From: an uncultured bacterium
GTDB lineage: Bacteria > Babelota > Babeliae > Babelales > JACPOV01
DNA length: 64,000 nucleotides
Assembly (NCBI GenBank): GCA_963744715.1
Contig: CAVUUR010000007.1
Location: 104,770-168,769, forward strand
Reading direction: 5' to 3'
Part shown: one piece after another, positions 10,184 through 20,348 of the stretch
Position numbering within the stretch: the stretch's first letter is position 1
How the letters are laid out: each line of letters begins with the position of its first letter
Program-made: the position numbers and the translations under genes
Notes under the pieces: model-generated
The model's input: only the letters and a program-made list of their open reading frames with translations
The model's database searches: none
Told to the model about the DNA's origin: nothing

Positions 10184-12712
10184 TCATCTGCTATTCTGTG
10201 CTTCATTATTGCGATATTTGTAATAGAGGCATTTAATGGTTTCCGATGTAACAAAATAGCAAACAACTAAGAAAAAAATAAAATAGAGATGTGCAAGAGG
10301 CATAGGAGTAAAGGTAAAAATTCTTTGCGCCCACTCGATATAAGGCAATATAACAGCCAATAAAGCCATACCCAATGAAAGCATTATCATTACATACGAT
10401 GGCCTTGGAGCTTTAAAAAAAAGACCTTTTGTGCGTATCGAAAAAATAAAAGCTAACCCACACAAAACACTAAACGTAAACCAGCCCGTTTGCACCATAT
10501 TAGGAATATTTTTTTTAAAAAATCCAAAGTAGATACTATCAAACACCGTACAAACAGTTCCTAATATTGTCGCAATGATAATAATATCACGTACATTCAT
10601 TACGGTTCGATGTTTGACTTCTCGTGTACTAACGGTATCGAGTGAAATAGAAATCATCGGCAAATCAGTTAATATATTTGCTAACAATAAATGAATCGGC
10701 AACATCGGCAAATAATCAATTATTAATGAGATCAGTGCAACTGAATAAAAATTACCAAACGTTGTTGAGATCGTAGTTCTTAAATATTTGAAGGTGTTAA
10801 TAAGAATAATACGGCCCTCTTCAATACCATTCACGATAACGAGCAAACTTTTTTTGAGTAAAATAATATCAGCAGTTTCACGTGCAATATCAACAGCATC
10901 CTGCACGGCTAAGGAAACATCCGCTATTTTTAAAGCAGGAGCATCATTAATACCATCACCCATATAACCAACTTCATGATTATGCTGTAACAATTGAATA
11001 ATTTCGTATTTTTGCTCTGGCAACACGCGTGCAAAAACGCTGTACTGCTCAACTAATTTTCTTTTTTCATGCATGCTTTTTTTAGAAAATTCAAATCCAG
11101 TTATTACCTCATTGCTATCTTCAATTAACCCAATATTATAGGCAACGGTGCCGCACACTTCTTTACTATCGCCACTTAATACTTTAATAATAATCCCTAG
11201 TTTTTTGGCCTTTTGCACCGCTTCAATCGCCGTAGGCTTTAACGGATCAACAAATGAAATAAAACCTAAAAACGTTAAATTCTTTTCTTCATCAAGTATA
11301 GAACTATTTCCAGGAATAGTTCTATGTGCAATGGCAAGAACACGGTTACCTTTTTGCCCTTCTTGATTAAGATAACGCTCAACCATATGATGATTTGAAA
11401 TAGTACATAAAGAAATTACTTCTTCAGGCATTCCCCGCACAACCAGTTCATAACTATGATTTTTTTTCACAACGACAGAATTTTTTTTGCGTAATGGATC
11501 AAAAGGAAGTTCTGTAACTCGTGTATATGATACTATTTTTTTTTGTTGTTCTTCGGTTAAATAATTCCATAAAACATGATCAAATCCTTTGGTTTGTTGT
11601 GGCAAAAAATCCCATGATGATTCTGCTCCTAATGTCGCATAAAAAACGGTTTTTTCAGGATTTTCACTTTCAACGTTTGCTATGGTTAACACATTCTCAG
11701 TTAAGGTACCCGTTTTATCGGTACATAATATTTCAACGCTGCCTAAACTTTCTATTGCAGATAACCGTTTAACAATAACTTTTTTCTTGGCTAACCGAGA
11801 GACTCCTTGTGATAAACAAAAAGTAACTACAACAGGGAGTGCTTCCGGAATAACCGTAATGGCTAACGCAGTAGAAAAAATAAATAAGCTAATAACATCA
11901 ATTTTTCCTTGCTTAATCCATACATTACCAATGAAGACAACTACCAAGGTTATGAGGATTAATTTAATAATAAACTTGCCCAGTTTACCTACATCTTTAG
12001 CAAAACTACTTTCACGCATCGTTGCTACGGTTAATGATGCAATTTCCCCCATAGCGGTATCTTTGCCGGTGGCAATGATGAGAGCTTGTGCCTTACCAGT
12101 AACAACGGTTGTACCAGCAAAACCTATATTGGAAGCTTCATACACGGTTAAATTTTTTTTTGACAATATAGTACTTATTTTTTTTACGGGTGCAGATTCA
12201 CCCGTTAATATCGATTCATCTACCAATACATTTTCTGTTTGGACAAACCTAACGTCGGCTGGAATTACCGTACCAGGTGTCAGCATAACAATATCACCAG
12301 GAACCAAATCATCATGCGAGATTTCTATCTCTTTACCATCACGAATCACACGTTCGACATGAATTAAATATTTTTTTAATAAATATAGCGATCGTTCTGC
12401 CCTATATTCTTGAAAAAATCCAAGACTTACATTAACCAATAAACATAGAAAAATAACATAACCATTATAGTGCTCACCCGCTAACAATGAGACAATGGCG
12501 ATTCCTAAAAAAATAAAAAAAAAGGGAGATTTTAACTGACGCCACAATACTACTAAGGCTGATGTTTTTTGCTCGCCAAGTTTATTTAATCCATATATTT
12601 TTTGACGATGTGCGACTTCTTTTGATGATAACCCATCATATGATGAATCCAATTTTTTTAGCGCTTCATCAACGGAATTATTACTATATAAAAGAAATGT
12701 ATTGTTACTCAT
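10184..12712 (-). CDS. mgtA: Mg2+-transporting P-type ATPase
   Basis: TGES, PEALP, DKTGTLT, LPFD, DPLK, GDGINDAPAL; TFGNFYS and LPMLPIHLL resemble MgtA. Confidence 0.85.
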   Translation of the reverse strand: MSNNTFLLYSNNSVDEALKKLDSSYDGLSSKEVAHRQKIYGLNKLGEQKTSALVVLWRQLKSPFFFIFLGIAIVSLLAGEHYNGYVIFLCLLVNVSLGFFQEYRAERSLYLLKKYLIHVERVIRDGKEIEISHDDLVPGDIVMLTPGTVIPADVRFVQTENVLVDESILTGESAPVKKISTILSKKNLTVYEASNIGFAGTTVVTGKAQALIIATGKDTAMGEIASLTVATMRESSFAKDVGKLGKFIIKLILITLVVVFIGNVWIKQGKIDVISLFIFSTALAITVIPEALPVVVTFCLSQGVSRLAKKKVIVKRLSAIESLGSVEILCTDKTGTLTENVLTIANVESENPEKTVFYATLGAESSWDFLPQQTKGFDHVLWNYLTEEQQKKIVSYTRVTELPFDPLRKKNSVVVKKNHSYELVVRGMPEEVISLCTISNHHMVERYLNQEGQKGNRVLAIAHRTIPGNSSILDEEKNLTFLGFISFVDPLKPTAIEAVQKAKKLGIIIKVLSGDSKEVCGTVAYNIGLIEDSNEVITGFEFSKKSMHEKRKLVEQYSVFARVLPEQKYEIIQLLQHNHEVGYMGDGINDAPALKIADVSLAVQDAVDIARETADIILLKKSLLVIVNGIEEGRIILINTFKYLRTTISTTFGNFYSVALISLIIDYLPMLPIHLLLANILTDLPMISISLDTVSTREVKHRTVMNVRDIIIIATILGTVCTVFDSIYFGFFKKNIPNMVQTGWFTFSVLCGLAFIFSIRTKGLFFKAPRPSYVMIMLSLGMALLAVILPYIEWAQRIFTFTPMPLAHLYFIFFLVVCYFVTSETIKCLYYKYRNNEAQNSR

Positions 12713-12839
12713 GCATCACCCTAAAATAAGGTAGAATTCAAAGTAACTATATCGGTTTATACTTCCATAAAGCAATAATAACCCAAATATATAGGAATTA
12801 TTACATCAACGAAAAACCCGAGACCTATGAAATTACAAA

Positions 12840-13397
12840 CTATGGTTTGCTATTCTGTGCCGCTTTCATCATTTTAACGAACTCTGAATAGGCCTTGAAT
12901 TTCATCGCACAGCGGTAATTACCAACATCATTAGTGCTCACTTGGGCATATGTTTGACAGGTTGTATGATCATCTGGATGTGAAAATCTTACACGTTCAC
13001 GAGAATCTGGTAACTGACCAAACACTTTAACAGAAACTTTAATTTCTGCAGAATCATCATTTTTGGAAATGCCTGGCGATTCGACAATACTAAAATCAGC
13101 AGCTATTGGGCCCTCTACAAGAGAAAAATTTTTCTTGTCATCGTTGTACCACGTAATATTGGTAGGCGATTTAAGGTTTTCATAGTACCTTATCCTAGCT
13201 TTTTTAGCAGCAGATGTATTGGGGAAAAGAAAAAAATATAACTGTTTCAGCTTTGAAACCTCATAAAATTTACCAGATGCGCATGCTGCATCCATTTTTT
13301 GCAATAAAAAATTAGTCAGCTCATCATTTGATCTGACTATACAAAAATTAGACAGGATCAGTAGCGATGCTATTAGTATTATGTGTTGTTTTTTCAT
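12840..13397 (-). CDS. Hypothetical exported protein
   Basis: 185-aa ORF with RBS (AGGA) and N-terminal signal peptide. Confidence 0.7.
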   Translation of the reverse strand: MKKQHIILIASLLILSNFCIVRSNDELTNFLLQKMDAACASGKFYEVSKLKQLYFFLFPNTSAAKKARIRYYENLKSPTNITWYNDDKKNFSLVEGPIAADFSIVESPGISKNDDSAEIKVSVKVFGQLPDSRERVRFSHPDDHTTCQTYAQVSTNDVGNYRCAMKFKAYSEFVKMMKAAQNSKP

Positions 13398-13600
13398 ACA
13401 TGGTTCCTATAATTAAAAAAATAAACCTAAAGTACTATATCAATAGTACCTTATAAATCACAAAATTTCAATCAGGATATTAAAATAAACGTTAACAAAC
13501 GCCCTATTGTGAATAAATATAAATCCTTTCTACGTATACCAAAATACCCTTTTGCACTATAATTTTTTACCTATATAATAGTAATAGTAATGTTTTTATA

Positions 13601-14002
13601 TTGATCATCTTAATGGAGATTATTATGAATCGTTTCTTAATCACAACATCAGCCCTTGCTCTGCTCACCTTACCAATCTATGGTACTCGCACAAACTCAA
13701 TCGATCTGGATGTGCGTGAATTGATTTATAATGCGCATAAAGCTAAAGCAGAGACTAACCGTTTGATTGAAACGTTGTATGTCTACAGCGAAAATAGAAT
13801 AGTAAAACTAACAAAAACTAGACTCGTACTTTTTGGTGACAACGCAATGTCCTATGCATGCGCAATTACGTTTATTAAAAATCTTGAAATAGATGATGAC
13901 CCGACTGCTCATACGTATGTGAAGTACAATGCATCACGAAAAGAACTTGAAGAATTATTTTACCTCGCTAGAAAATTTTACACAACGACCATTTCTATTT
14001 AA
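13601..14002 (+). CDS. Hypothetical exported protein (likely start about 13625)
   Basis: GGAG RBS before MNRFLI; signal-peptide-like N-terminus. Confidence 0.65.
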   Translation: MIILMEIIMNRFLITTSALALLTLPIYGTRTNSIDLDVRELIYNAHKAKAETNRLIETLYVYSENRIVKLTKTRLVLFGDNAMSYACAITFIKNLEIDDDPTAHTYVKYNASRKELEELFYLARKFYTTTISI

Positions 14003-14026
14003 ATAATACTAAGATAAAGGAATTTT

Positions 14027-14452
14027 ATGGATTTCACTTTTTTATCACAGATCAATTACCTAGCCGTAGCAGTATCATCAGTTATATTCTTTGTGCTTGG
14101 TTCTTTATGGTTTTCTGCATTATTTGGCTCTATCTGGGCAGAAGAATTAGAACGCCATAATGTTGTTATAAAGCAGCCTACAAAAAACTCATTATTTATG
14201 AAGATGTTGTTAACCTTCGCTACCAATTGTATAGCTTCTTTTGCAATGGCATGTTTAGTTGCTATGACCGGTTCAACAACCGTAATTTCCGGAATCATTC
14301 TTGGCATTATCGCAACGGTTGGTTTTGCTGCAACTACCCTTGCATCAGTTTTTAATTGGGAAAGCAGATCATTAAAACTCTTTTTAATTGATATTGGCTA
14401 TCCTGCACTTGGTATTATTACAGCAGCCATTATCCTTTCGGTATGGCACTAA
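14027..14452 (+). CDS. DUF1761-like membrane protein
   Basis: INYLAVAVS, LGSLWFSALFG and LFLIDIGY pattern; 4 TM. Confidence 0.75.
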   Translation: MDFTFLSQINYLAVAVSSVIFFVLGSLWFSALFGSIWAEELERHNVVIKQPTKNSLFMKMLLTFATNCIASFAMACLVAMTGSTTVISGIILGIIATVGFAATTLASVFNWESRSLKLFLIDIGYPALGIITAAIILSVWH

Positions 14453-14465
14453 TCACGCAAATCTG

Positions 14466-14501
14466 ATCAAGGAAAACATCTGTTATGATGTTTTCCTTGA
14501 T
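14466..14501. terminator. Perfect 15-bp hairpin after DUF1761 gene
   Basis: ATCAAGGAAAACATC-TGTTAT-GATGTTTTCCTTGAT. Confidence 0.65.
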
Positions 14502-14584
14502 TGCATAACGCTCTCACTATCAAATACCCTCGTTTCAGCATAATACTTGATTTCATTAAACCACTTATCTATATACTGTAATTC

Positions 14585-15229
14585 ATGTTTATTAACCGTA
14601 TAACAAAGGGTAGGGTAATGAATTATAAAAGGCTCTCGGCAGATTCTGCTGCAGTATTATTTATCGATCATCAAACAGGCTTAACGTCTTTAGTACAAGA
14701 TTTTCAACCGTATGCATTTCATAATAGTGTTCTTGCTCTTGCTAATATAGCGAAATATTTTAAGCTTCCTGCAATTTTGACCACGAGCTTTGAAAACGGA
14801 CCAAATGGCCCCATTATGCCTGAACTAAAAACACTATTTCCTGACGCCCCCTTTATTCCTCGCCCTGGCCAAATTAATGCTTGGGATAATGATGATTTTG
14901 TACACGCGGTCAAAAAAACTAATAAGAAACAACTCATTATTGCCGGCATCGTTACTGACGTTTGTGTTGCTTTTCCAAGCCTATCTGCAATAGAGGCCGG
15001 TTATGAAGTTTTTGTTGCCGTTGATGCTTCCGGAACACTCAATGAAGTAAATCGCTACAGCGCTTGGAATCGTATGGCGAATGCTGGAGCACAATTGATG
15101 AGTTGGTTTAGCATTGCGAGTGAATTACAACGTGACTGGCGTAATGATCCTCAAGGTTTTGGCAATCTTATCAATCAACATCTTCCTCCCTATAAAAATT
15201 TGACTGATAGTTATAAAGCTAAAAAATGA
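14585..15229 (+). CDS. ycaC: YcaC-like isochorismatase-family hydrolase
   Basis: LFIDHQ, TTSFENGPNGP, RPGQINAWDN, GIVTDVCVAFP, ELQRDWR. Confidence 0.92.
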   Translation: MFINRITKGRVMNYKRLSADSAAVLFIDHQTGLTSLVQDFQPYAFHNSVLALANIAKYFKLPAILTTSFENGPNGPIMPELKTLFPDAPFIPRPGQINAWDNDDFVHAVKKTNKKQLIIAGIVTDVCVAFPSLSAIEAGYEVFVAVDASGTLNEVNRYSAWNRMANAGAQLMSWFSIASELQRDWRNDPQGFGNLINQHLPPYKNLTDSYKAKK

Positions 15230-15320
15230 TCATATTCTATTGAGAAAAGGTCAGTATTTTTATTACACTATTTGTAGTATAAAATTTTGGTAGAAAACAA
15301 TAGCACCAGTAAAGGTTGTC

Positions 15321-15755
15321 GTGAAGAATGATGTGCCTCTTAAAAATGGTATTGTTATTCCTGGTTATGAGTTTGAAATAACAACCAGCAGATCTGGCGG
15401 CGCCGGCGGTCAGCATGTTAATAAAACAAGCACACGCATCACCATTCGTTGGAACGTTAATAAAACAACGGCATTAGATGAAGAAAGTAAAAAACGTATA
15501 CTTGAAAAACTTCAAACAAAGTTGACCAGTGAAGGCGATCTAATTGTTCACAACAGCGCATCACGCAGCCAACAACAAAATAAGAAAATGGCATTTATGC
15601 AGCTTGCCAGAGAACTAAATAAAGCTCTTTATATTCCTCAAGAACGAGTGGCAACCAAGGTAACAAAGGCTGCAAAAGAATCCCGTTTACAGAAAAAAAC
15701 GCATCGAAGCGCTATAAAAAAAATGCGCATTAAAAAACATTACGCGGATGATTAA
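15321..15755 (+). CDS. arfB: Alternative ribosome-rescue peptidyl-tRNA hydrolase ArfB
   Basis: SRSGGAGGQHVNKT, RSQxxN and basic C-terminal tail. Confidence 0.93.
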   Translation: MKNDVPLKNGIVIPGYEFEITTSRSGGAGGQHVNKTSTRITIRWNVNKTTALDEESKKRILEKLQTKLTSEGDLIVHNSASRSQQQNKKMAFMQLARELNKALYIPQERVATKVTKAAKESRLQKKTHRSAIKKMRIKKHYADD

Positions 15756-15758
15756 TTA

Positions 15759-16067
15759 TTATTTTGTAAGCCATTTTACAAAATCTTTACTAGAAACAAT
15801 AGTTTTCACACCTCCTGCTACAAAACAGAATGAGACGCAACTGCTTAAAAGATTCCCCGCACGCCCCGGACCTACTGCGAATCCCCTTAAACCTTTTTGG
15901 CAAAAATAAATACCCGTTGCTGCAGTGACAAATCCTAATCCTGTAACCGCTAACACGCGTGGATCATTGTTGCTTGGTCCTAGCAAGGAGTCCGTGAAAC
16001 TCCCCGCATGGATTATGCTGCTTGCGTATAAACTCGATATTATCATTATTTTTTTTACGATATTCAT
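15759..16067 (-). CDS. Hypothetical small membrane protein
   Basis: Signal peptide plus two hydrophobic segments; ATGA overlap with tsaC. Confidence 0.65.
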   Translation of the reverse strand: MNIVKKIMIISSLYASSIIHAGSFTDSLLGPSNNDPRVLAVTGLGFVTAATGIYFCQKGLRGFAVGPGRAGNLLSSCVSFCFVAGGVKTIVSSKDFVKWLTK

Positions 16068-16717
16068 ATATTTTTCTCACTATTAATTAATAACGTACCA
16101 GTTATTTTTTCTAATTTCTCAATAGAATAGGAACCTTTGCGAATAAGTTTAACCTTATTGCCTGAACAATCCAAAATTGTTGAAGCTTGCAATGATTGCT
16201 GTGCATCTTCACCATTGATGCAATATTCTACCTGTTGCAAAATTTCTGGATTAACTTGTTCAAAGCCTAATGGAATAGGTTCTCCCGATTGGTTAGCACT
16301 TGTGGAAAATAGAGGTCCAACACGTTGCATAAGTTTTTGTAAGCCGCTATGATCGGGAACGCGTACGGCAATGGTATCATTAGACCCTTTCATATATACC
16401 GGAATATGCTTATTTGTTTTAAGAATGAGCGTCACCGGCCCAGGCCAACATTGGCGCATAATGTTTCTTATGTTTTCAGGTAGAAAATTTTTATCAATAA
16501 ATTCAAAAATAAAGCTTTCTGACTGAAATAATGCAATATAGGGCTTATCAACTCTTTTTTTTATGACATTTAGACGATTTAATCCTTCCTGGCAAATAAT
16601 TGAAAATAATCCAAAAACAGTATCAGAACTGCCTATTGCAACGTTTCCACCCCTTAAATATTCTGCCAATGTATCAAGATCTTGATCGCAATTCCACCGT
16701 AGCCTTTTGTTATTCAT
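16064..16717 (-). CDS. tsaC: L-threonylcarbamoyladenylate synthase (YrdC/Sua5)
   Basis: SDTVFGL, KKRVDKP, WPGPVTLI, AVRVP, STSANQSG, STILD. Confidence 0.92.
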   Translation of the reverse strand: MNNKRLRWNCDQDLDTLAEYLRGGNVAIGSSDTVFGLFSIICQEGLNRLNVIKKRVDKPYIALFQSESFIFEFIDKNFLPENIRNIMRQCWPGPVTLILKTNKHIPVYMKGSNDTIAVRVPDHSGLQKLMQRVGPLFSTSANQSGEPIPLGFEQVNPEILQQVEYCINGEDAQQSLQASTILDCSGNKVKLIRKGSYSIEKLEKITGTLLINSEKNI

Positions 16718-16913
16718 TTTTAATCTTTTGTAAATAAACCTTTGGTTTTTAAACTATAATTCATTGTTTGACATTTTTAAAATATATAGTATCCTTTAAA
16801 ATAAAGTGTGTAAATATAAACACAAAAGATTGTTGTGAAAAACAATGAGTCTCATTTATACAGTACTATCCCTGAAGGCTCAATAAGAAATAAACGAATT
16901 ACATGGAGAACAT

Positions 16914-18344
16914 ATGATTAATCAAAACAAACAAACCCAGCCACAACAAAAAACCGTTGTTCCGGGAAATCAAAGAAACTACAATGAAGTAGTTGAGTTT
17001 CTTGACGCACGTTGGCAGTTAAAACTTAATGACAAGGAATTGCATAATATTAAAGCTTTGGATAAGGCCCTTGGCAACATTTCTAAGCAAATACCAACTA
17101 TTTTAGTTGGTGGAACCAATGGAAAAGGTTTAACTATTAATTTTGCCGCTACTCTTCTCAAAGAAGAAGGCTTAAAAGTTGGTGCTTTATATTCTCCGCA
17201 TATTCTTACGTACAACGAACGCTTAACCATCAATAATGAAACAATTTCTAATAAAGCGTTTACTGAAGTTGCTAATGAAGTAATTAATGTTGCCGAATCT
17301 AATAACATTAAAGCACATTCTCTTGAATTATTAATTATGATGGGATTGCTCTATTTCAAACAAAGCGGTGCTGATCTTGCTATATTAGAAATAACTGATG
17401 GTACCGTATATGAACCTTTAGCTATTTTTAGCCCTAATATTATCGCGATAACTCGTGTTGTTGATAATAATACCGTAGTGCCAAACCCGGCTGTTATGGA
17501 AAAAACCATTAAAGAAATCCTTACTATAGCCAAAAAGAATACCTACGTTGTTTCTGCTGATCAAAGCAAGGCAAACTTGCAAATTATGCTTGAAGAAACA
17601 AAGAAACATGATGGTGTTTGGTCTATGCCAATTCGTAAATTAGCACAATTAAGCTATCCTTTTGAGCAATTACACGGACGTTGTGCTGCACTTGCTGAAC
17701 GAATTTGCCAAATTTATATCAATCATGTTGCTAATAAAAATGCGGTTGTAGTAGAACATAGTTTATTAGCAAAACAACCGGGAAAACGTGGTCGTCCAAC
17801 GCTCAAACAAAAACAACAAGACGCCATGAACCCTAAGAAAACCGTTGATCAATTTTGGAAAGAAATTACAACATCGTTGCCAGCGCATTTCCAAGTTCTT
17901 GATAAAGAAAAACCAACCATATTATTGGATAATGCAAGCAATATCGATGCATTAGAAAATCTTCTTTTAGGGATTAGATTATTACATTATCGACGTCCAT
18001 TAAAAGGATTGACCTTCATTTTTGGTTGCGATAAAAATACTATAAATACTGAAGAATTTTTACGACTCCTTCGTTATTTTTCAAAGAAGAACTCAGGAAA
18101 TATTATTTTCTGTCCTATTAACAATAATATTACTGGCATCAAAACTGAATCATGGGATGTTGAACAAATTACCAATGATGTAAAAAGCTTGAAAATTAAA
18201 GCAAAATCAGCCAAAAACTTTGAAGATGCATTTGACCAAGCTAAAAAATCAAATGTTGATGAACGTTATGGTTTGATTGTTATTTCAGGTTCAAAGTCAA
18301 TTATTTCTGAATACTGGCATCTTAAAGGGATAAAAAAACTATAA
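16914..18344 (+). CDS. FolC/Mur-ligase-fold protein, divergent
   Basis: VGGTNGKG P-loop, SPHILTYNER and ILLDNA; lacks the canonical ExGLGGxxDxTN motif. Confidence 0.75.
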   Translation: MINQNKQTQPQQKTVVPGNQRNYNEVVEFLDARWQLKLNDKELHNIKALDKALGNISKQIPTILVGGTNGKGLTINFAATLLKEEGLKVGALYSPHILTYNERLTINNETISNKAFTEVANEVINVAESNNIKAHSLELLIMMGLLYFKQSGADLAILEITDGTVYEPLAIFSPNIIAITRVVDNNTVVPNPAVMEKTIKEILTIAKKNTYVVSADQSKANLQIMLEETKKHDGVWSMPIRKLAQLSYPFEQLHGRCAALAERICQIYINHVANKNAVVVEHSLLAKQPGKRGRPTLKQKQQDAMNPKKTVDQFWKEITTSLPAHFQVLDKEKPTILLDNASNIDALENLLLGIRLLHYRRPLKGLTFIFGCDKNTINTEEFLRLLRYFSKKNSGNIIFCPINNNITGIKTESWDVEQITNDVKSLKIKAKSAKNFEDAFDQAKKSNVDERYGLIVISGSKSIISEYWHLKGIKKL

Positions 18345-18620
18345 TTGATTATGATTAGTTTTTTCTCTTTTGTTTTATCAGTATTAGTTGGTATTACAAG
18401 TGGTAGTATTTATGGGCTTTTGTTTTTGCGAACAAAAGCCCTTCTCTTTTTAACGCAGAAATCATCAATATTTTTATCATACCTGATTCCGATAGTACGG
18501 TTTATAGTAATAAGTTGTTTTTTTCTCTATATATTGCGAATCTCTTCTATTCATTCTATACTCGTACTAATAATCTTTTTAAGTACATTTTGGTTTATAC
18601 TAATAAAAAAGGTCCTCTAA
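18345..18620 (+). CDS. atpI: Probable ATP synthase protein I
   Basis: Small hydrophobic ORF directly before atpB, with RF motif in TM2. Confidence 0.6.
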   Translation: MIMISFFSFVLSVLVGITSGSIYGLLFLRTKALLFLTQKSSIFLSYLIPIVRFIVISCFFLYILRISSIHSILVLIIFLSTFWFILIKKVL

Positions 18621-18621
18621 C

Positions 18622-19362
18622 ATGAAATCTTTTGAGGGATTAGAACAAACTACCTGGAATCCCTTAAGTATTTTTGGACTGCATTATGAATTAGCAGAAA
18701 TTAATATATCAACCATCATTAATACATGGGTAGTTCTAGGTATATTAATTACCTTATTAGTCCTGTGTCGAATCCTGATGCGCAACAGACGGGGGATTAT
18801 CCACTATCTGGTAACGTCAAGTATCGTATCATTTATGGATTTAGTAACACAGACCTTAGGATCTTTTATATATCCCTATTTCGCCTTAGTTCTTTCATTA
18901 TTTATTTTTATTTTATTATGTAATTGGGCCAGCATCATTCCTTGGATGTCAGAACCAACTAAAGATCTTAATACAACCTTGGCGCTCGGACTAATCTCAT
19001 TTTTTTATAAAGAAGTCGAAGGCATACGAGTACGTGGATTTAAAAATTATTTAAAAGAATTTTTACAACCTTTTTTCATAATGTTTCCCGTTAACATTAT
19101 TGGTCATTTCTCTAAAATAATTTCCATATCATTTCGTTTATTTGGTAATATTTTTGGCGGATCAGTAATTATGGAACTGTATCAACATGCAATGGCCAGC
19201 TCTATACTGGCACAACTAGTAGGACTTTTTTCAGGAATTAATTTTCTTATTATTCTTTTTTTTGGTGTTTTTGAAGGCCTTATTCAAGCATTTGTTTTTG
19301 CTATGCTTACCTTAACCTATTTAACTATAGCTGTTTATGATGAACATGCAGGAGAACTATAG
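18622..19362 (+). CDS. atpB: F0 ATP synthase subunit a
   Basis: PTKDLNTT, SISFRLFGNIFGG, EGLIQAFVFAMLT. Confidence 0.96.
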   Translation: MKSFEGLEQTTWNPLSIFGLHYELAEINISTIINTWVVLGILITLLVLCRILMRNRRGIIHYLVTSSIVSFMDLVTQTLGSFIYPYFALVLSLFIFILLCNWASIIPWMSEPTKDLNTTLALGLISFFYKEVEGIRVRGFKNYLKEFLQPFFIMFPVNIIGHFSKIISISFRLFGNIFGGSVIMELYQHAMASSILAQLVGLFSGINFLIILFFGVFEGLIQAFVFAMLTLTYLTIAVYDEHAGEL

Positions 19363-19364
19363 CA

Positions 19365-20321
19365 ATGACTGAATATATACATCTTTTTAATTATATCAGT
19401 ATTGCCGGCATCGTAGGATGTACCACACTGGGCGTTGGCATAGGCAGTGGAAAATCAAGTTTTGCTGCATTACAAGCAATGAATATACAACCAAGTGCAA
19501 AACAAGAAATAACAAAAGCTACCATTATTGGATTAGCATTAATTGAAACCGCAGCAATATTAGCATTGATCATTATTTTTTTAATATTTCCTTGGCAAGT
19601 TTCTTCTAATGAATATCAAGCACTTGCTAAAGTTGGCATAGCCTGTGCAATAGGCATAACAGGATTCATGTCGGGATTAGTTTCGGCGTATCCTCTTTCA
19701 CAAGCATGTTACGCATTAGCACGCCAACCATTTTTTAGTCAAAAAATTATAAATTTAATGCTCATAACGCAATCAATTATACAAACACCCCTCATCTTTG
19801 GATTTCTTGTTTCTCTGGCCATTATAGGGCAATTAGAATCTATCAACACACTTACACAAAGCCTTATGGTTATTGCCAGCGGCCTTGCCATAGGAGTTGG
19901 TTCAATAGGCCCGATTATTGGGTTAGCAAAATTTGCCCAAACCGCATGCCAAAGTATTAGTATTAATAAAAAAGCATATAATCAACTTATACCATTTACC
20001 TTTATGAGCCAGGCAATCATAGAAACACCTATTATTTTTGCCTTACTTATTTCTCTCATTATAATAGGAAGTTTACATCGCACTAATATAACATTATTAA
20101 CGGCTGTTCAGGCATTAGCAGCATCGCTATGCATAGGAATTGGCACTATTTCTCCGGGATTAAGCTCAAGCAAGACCGCCTCAAATGCTTGCAAACAAAT
20201 CGCCCTTAATCCGCAACACTACAGAAAAATTTCTCAGATAAGTCTCTTTGGACAAGGCCTTATTGATGCTGCCGCTGTGTATGCTTTACTCATTTCACTT
20301 TTTATAGTATTGCTTAAATAA
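19365..20321 (+). CDS. atpE: F0 ATP synthase subunit c, four tandem fused hairpins
   Basis: Four repeats of about 80 aa, each with a Gly-rich helix, a polar loop (NIQP, ARQP, SINK, ALNP) and an ion-site helix (LIET, IIQT, IIET, LIDA). Confidence 0.9.
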   Translation: MTEYIHLFNYISIAGIVGCTTLGVGIGSGKSSFAALQAMNIQPSAKQEITKATIIGLALIETAAILALIIIFLIFPWQVSSNEYQALAKVGIACAIGITGFMSGLVSAYPLSQACYALARQPFFSQKIINLMLITQSIIQTPLIFGFLVSLAIIGQLESINTLTQSLMVIASGLAIGVGSIGPIIGLAKFAQTACQSISINKKAYNQLIPFTFMSQAIIETPIIFALLISLIIIGSLHRTNITLLTAVQALAASLCIGIGTISPGLSSSKTASNACKQIALNPQHYRKISQISLFGQGLIDAAAVYALLISLFIVLLK

Positions 20322-20348
20322 AATACTGATTCCCTAAAAGAGTGGTAT

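Noticed and set aside
9747..12362. Long opposite-strand ORFs (9747..10187, 11682..12362) and similar shadows elsewhere
   Set aside because: They lie antisense to lon, mgtA or other clear genes, with no motifs or RBS of their own.
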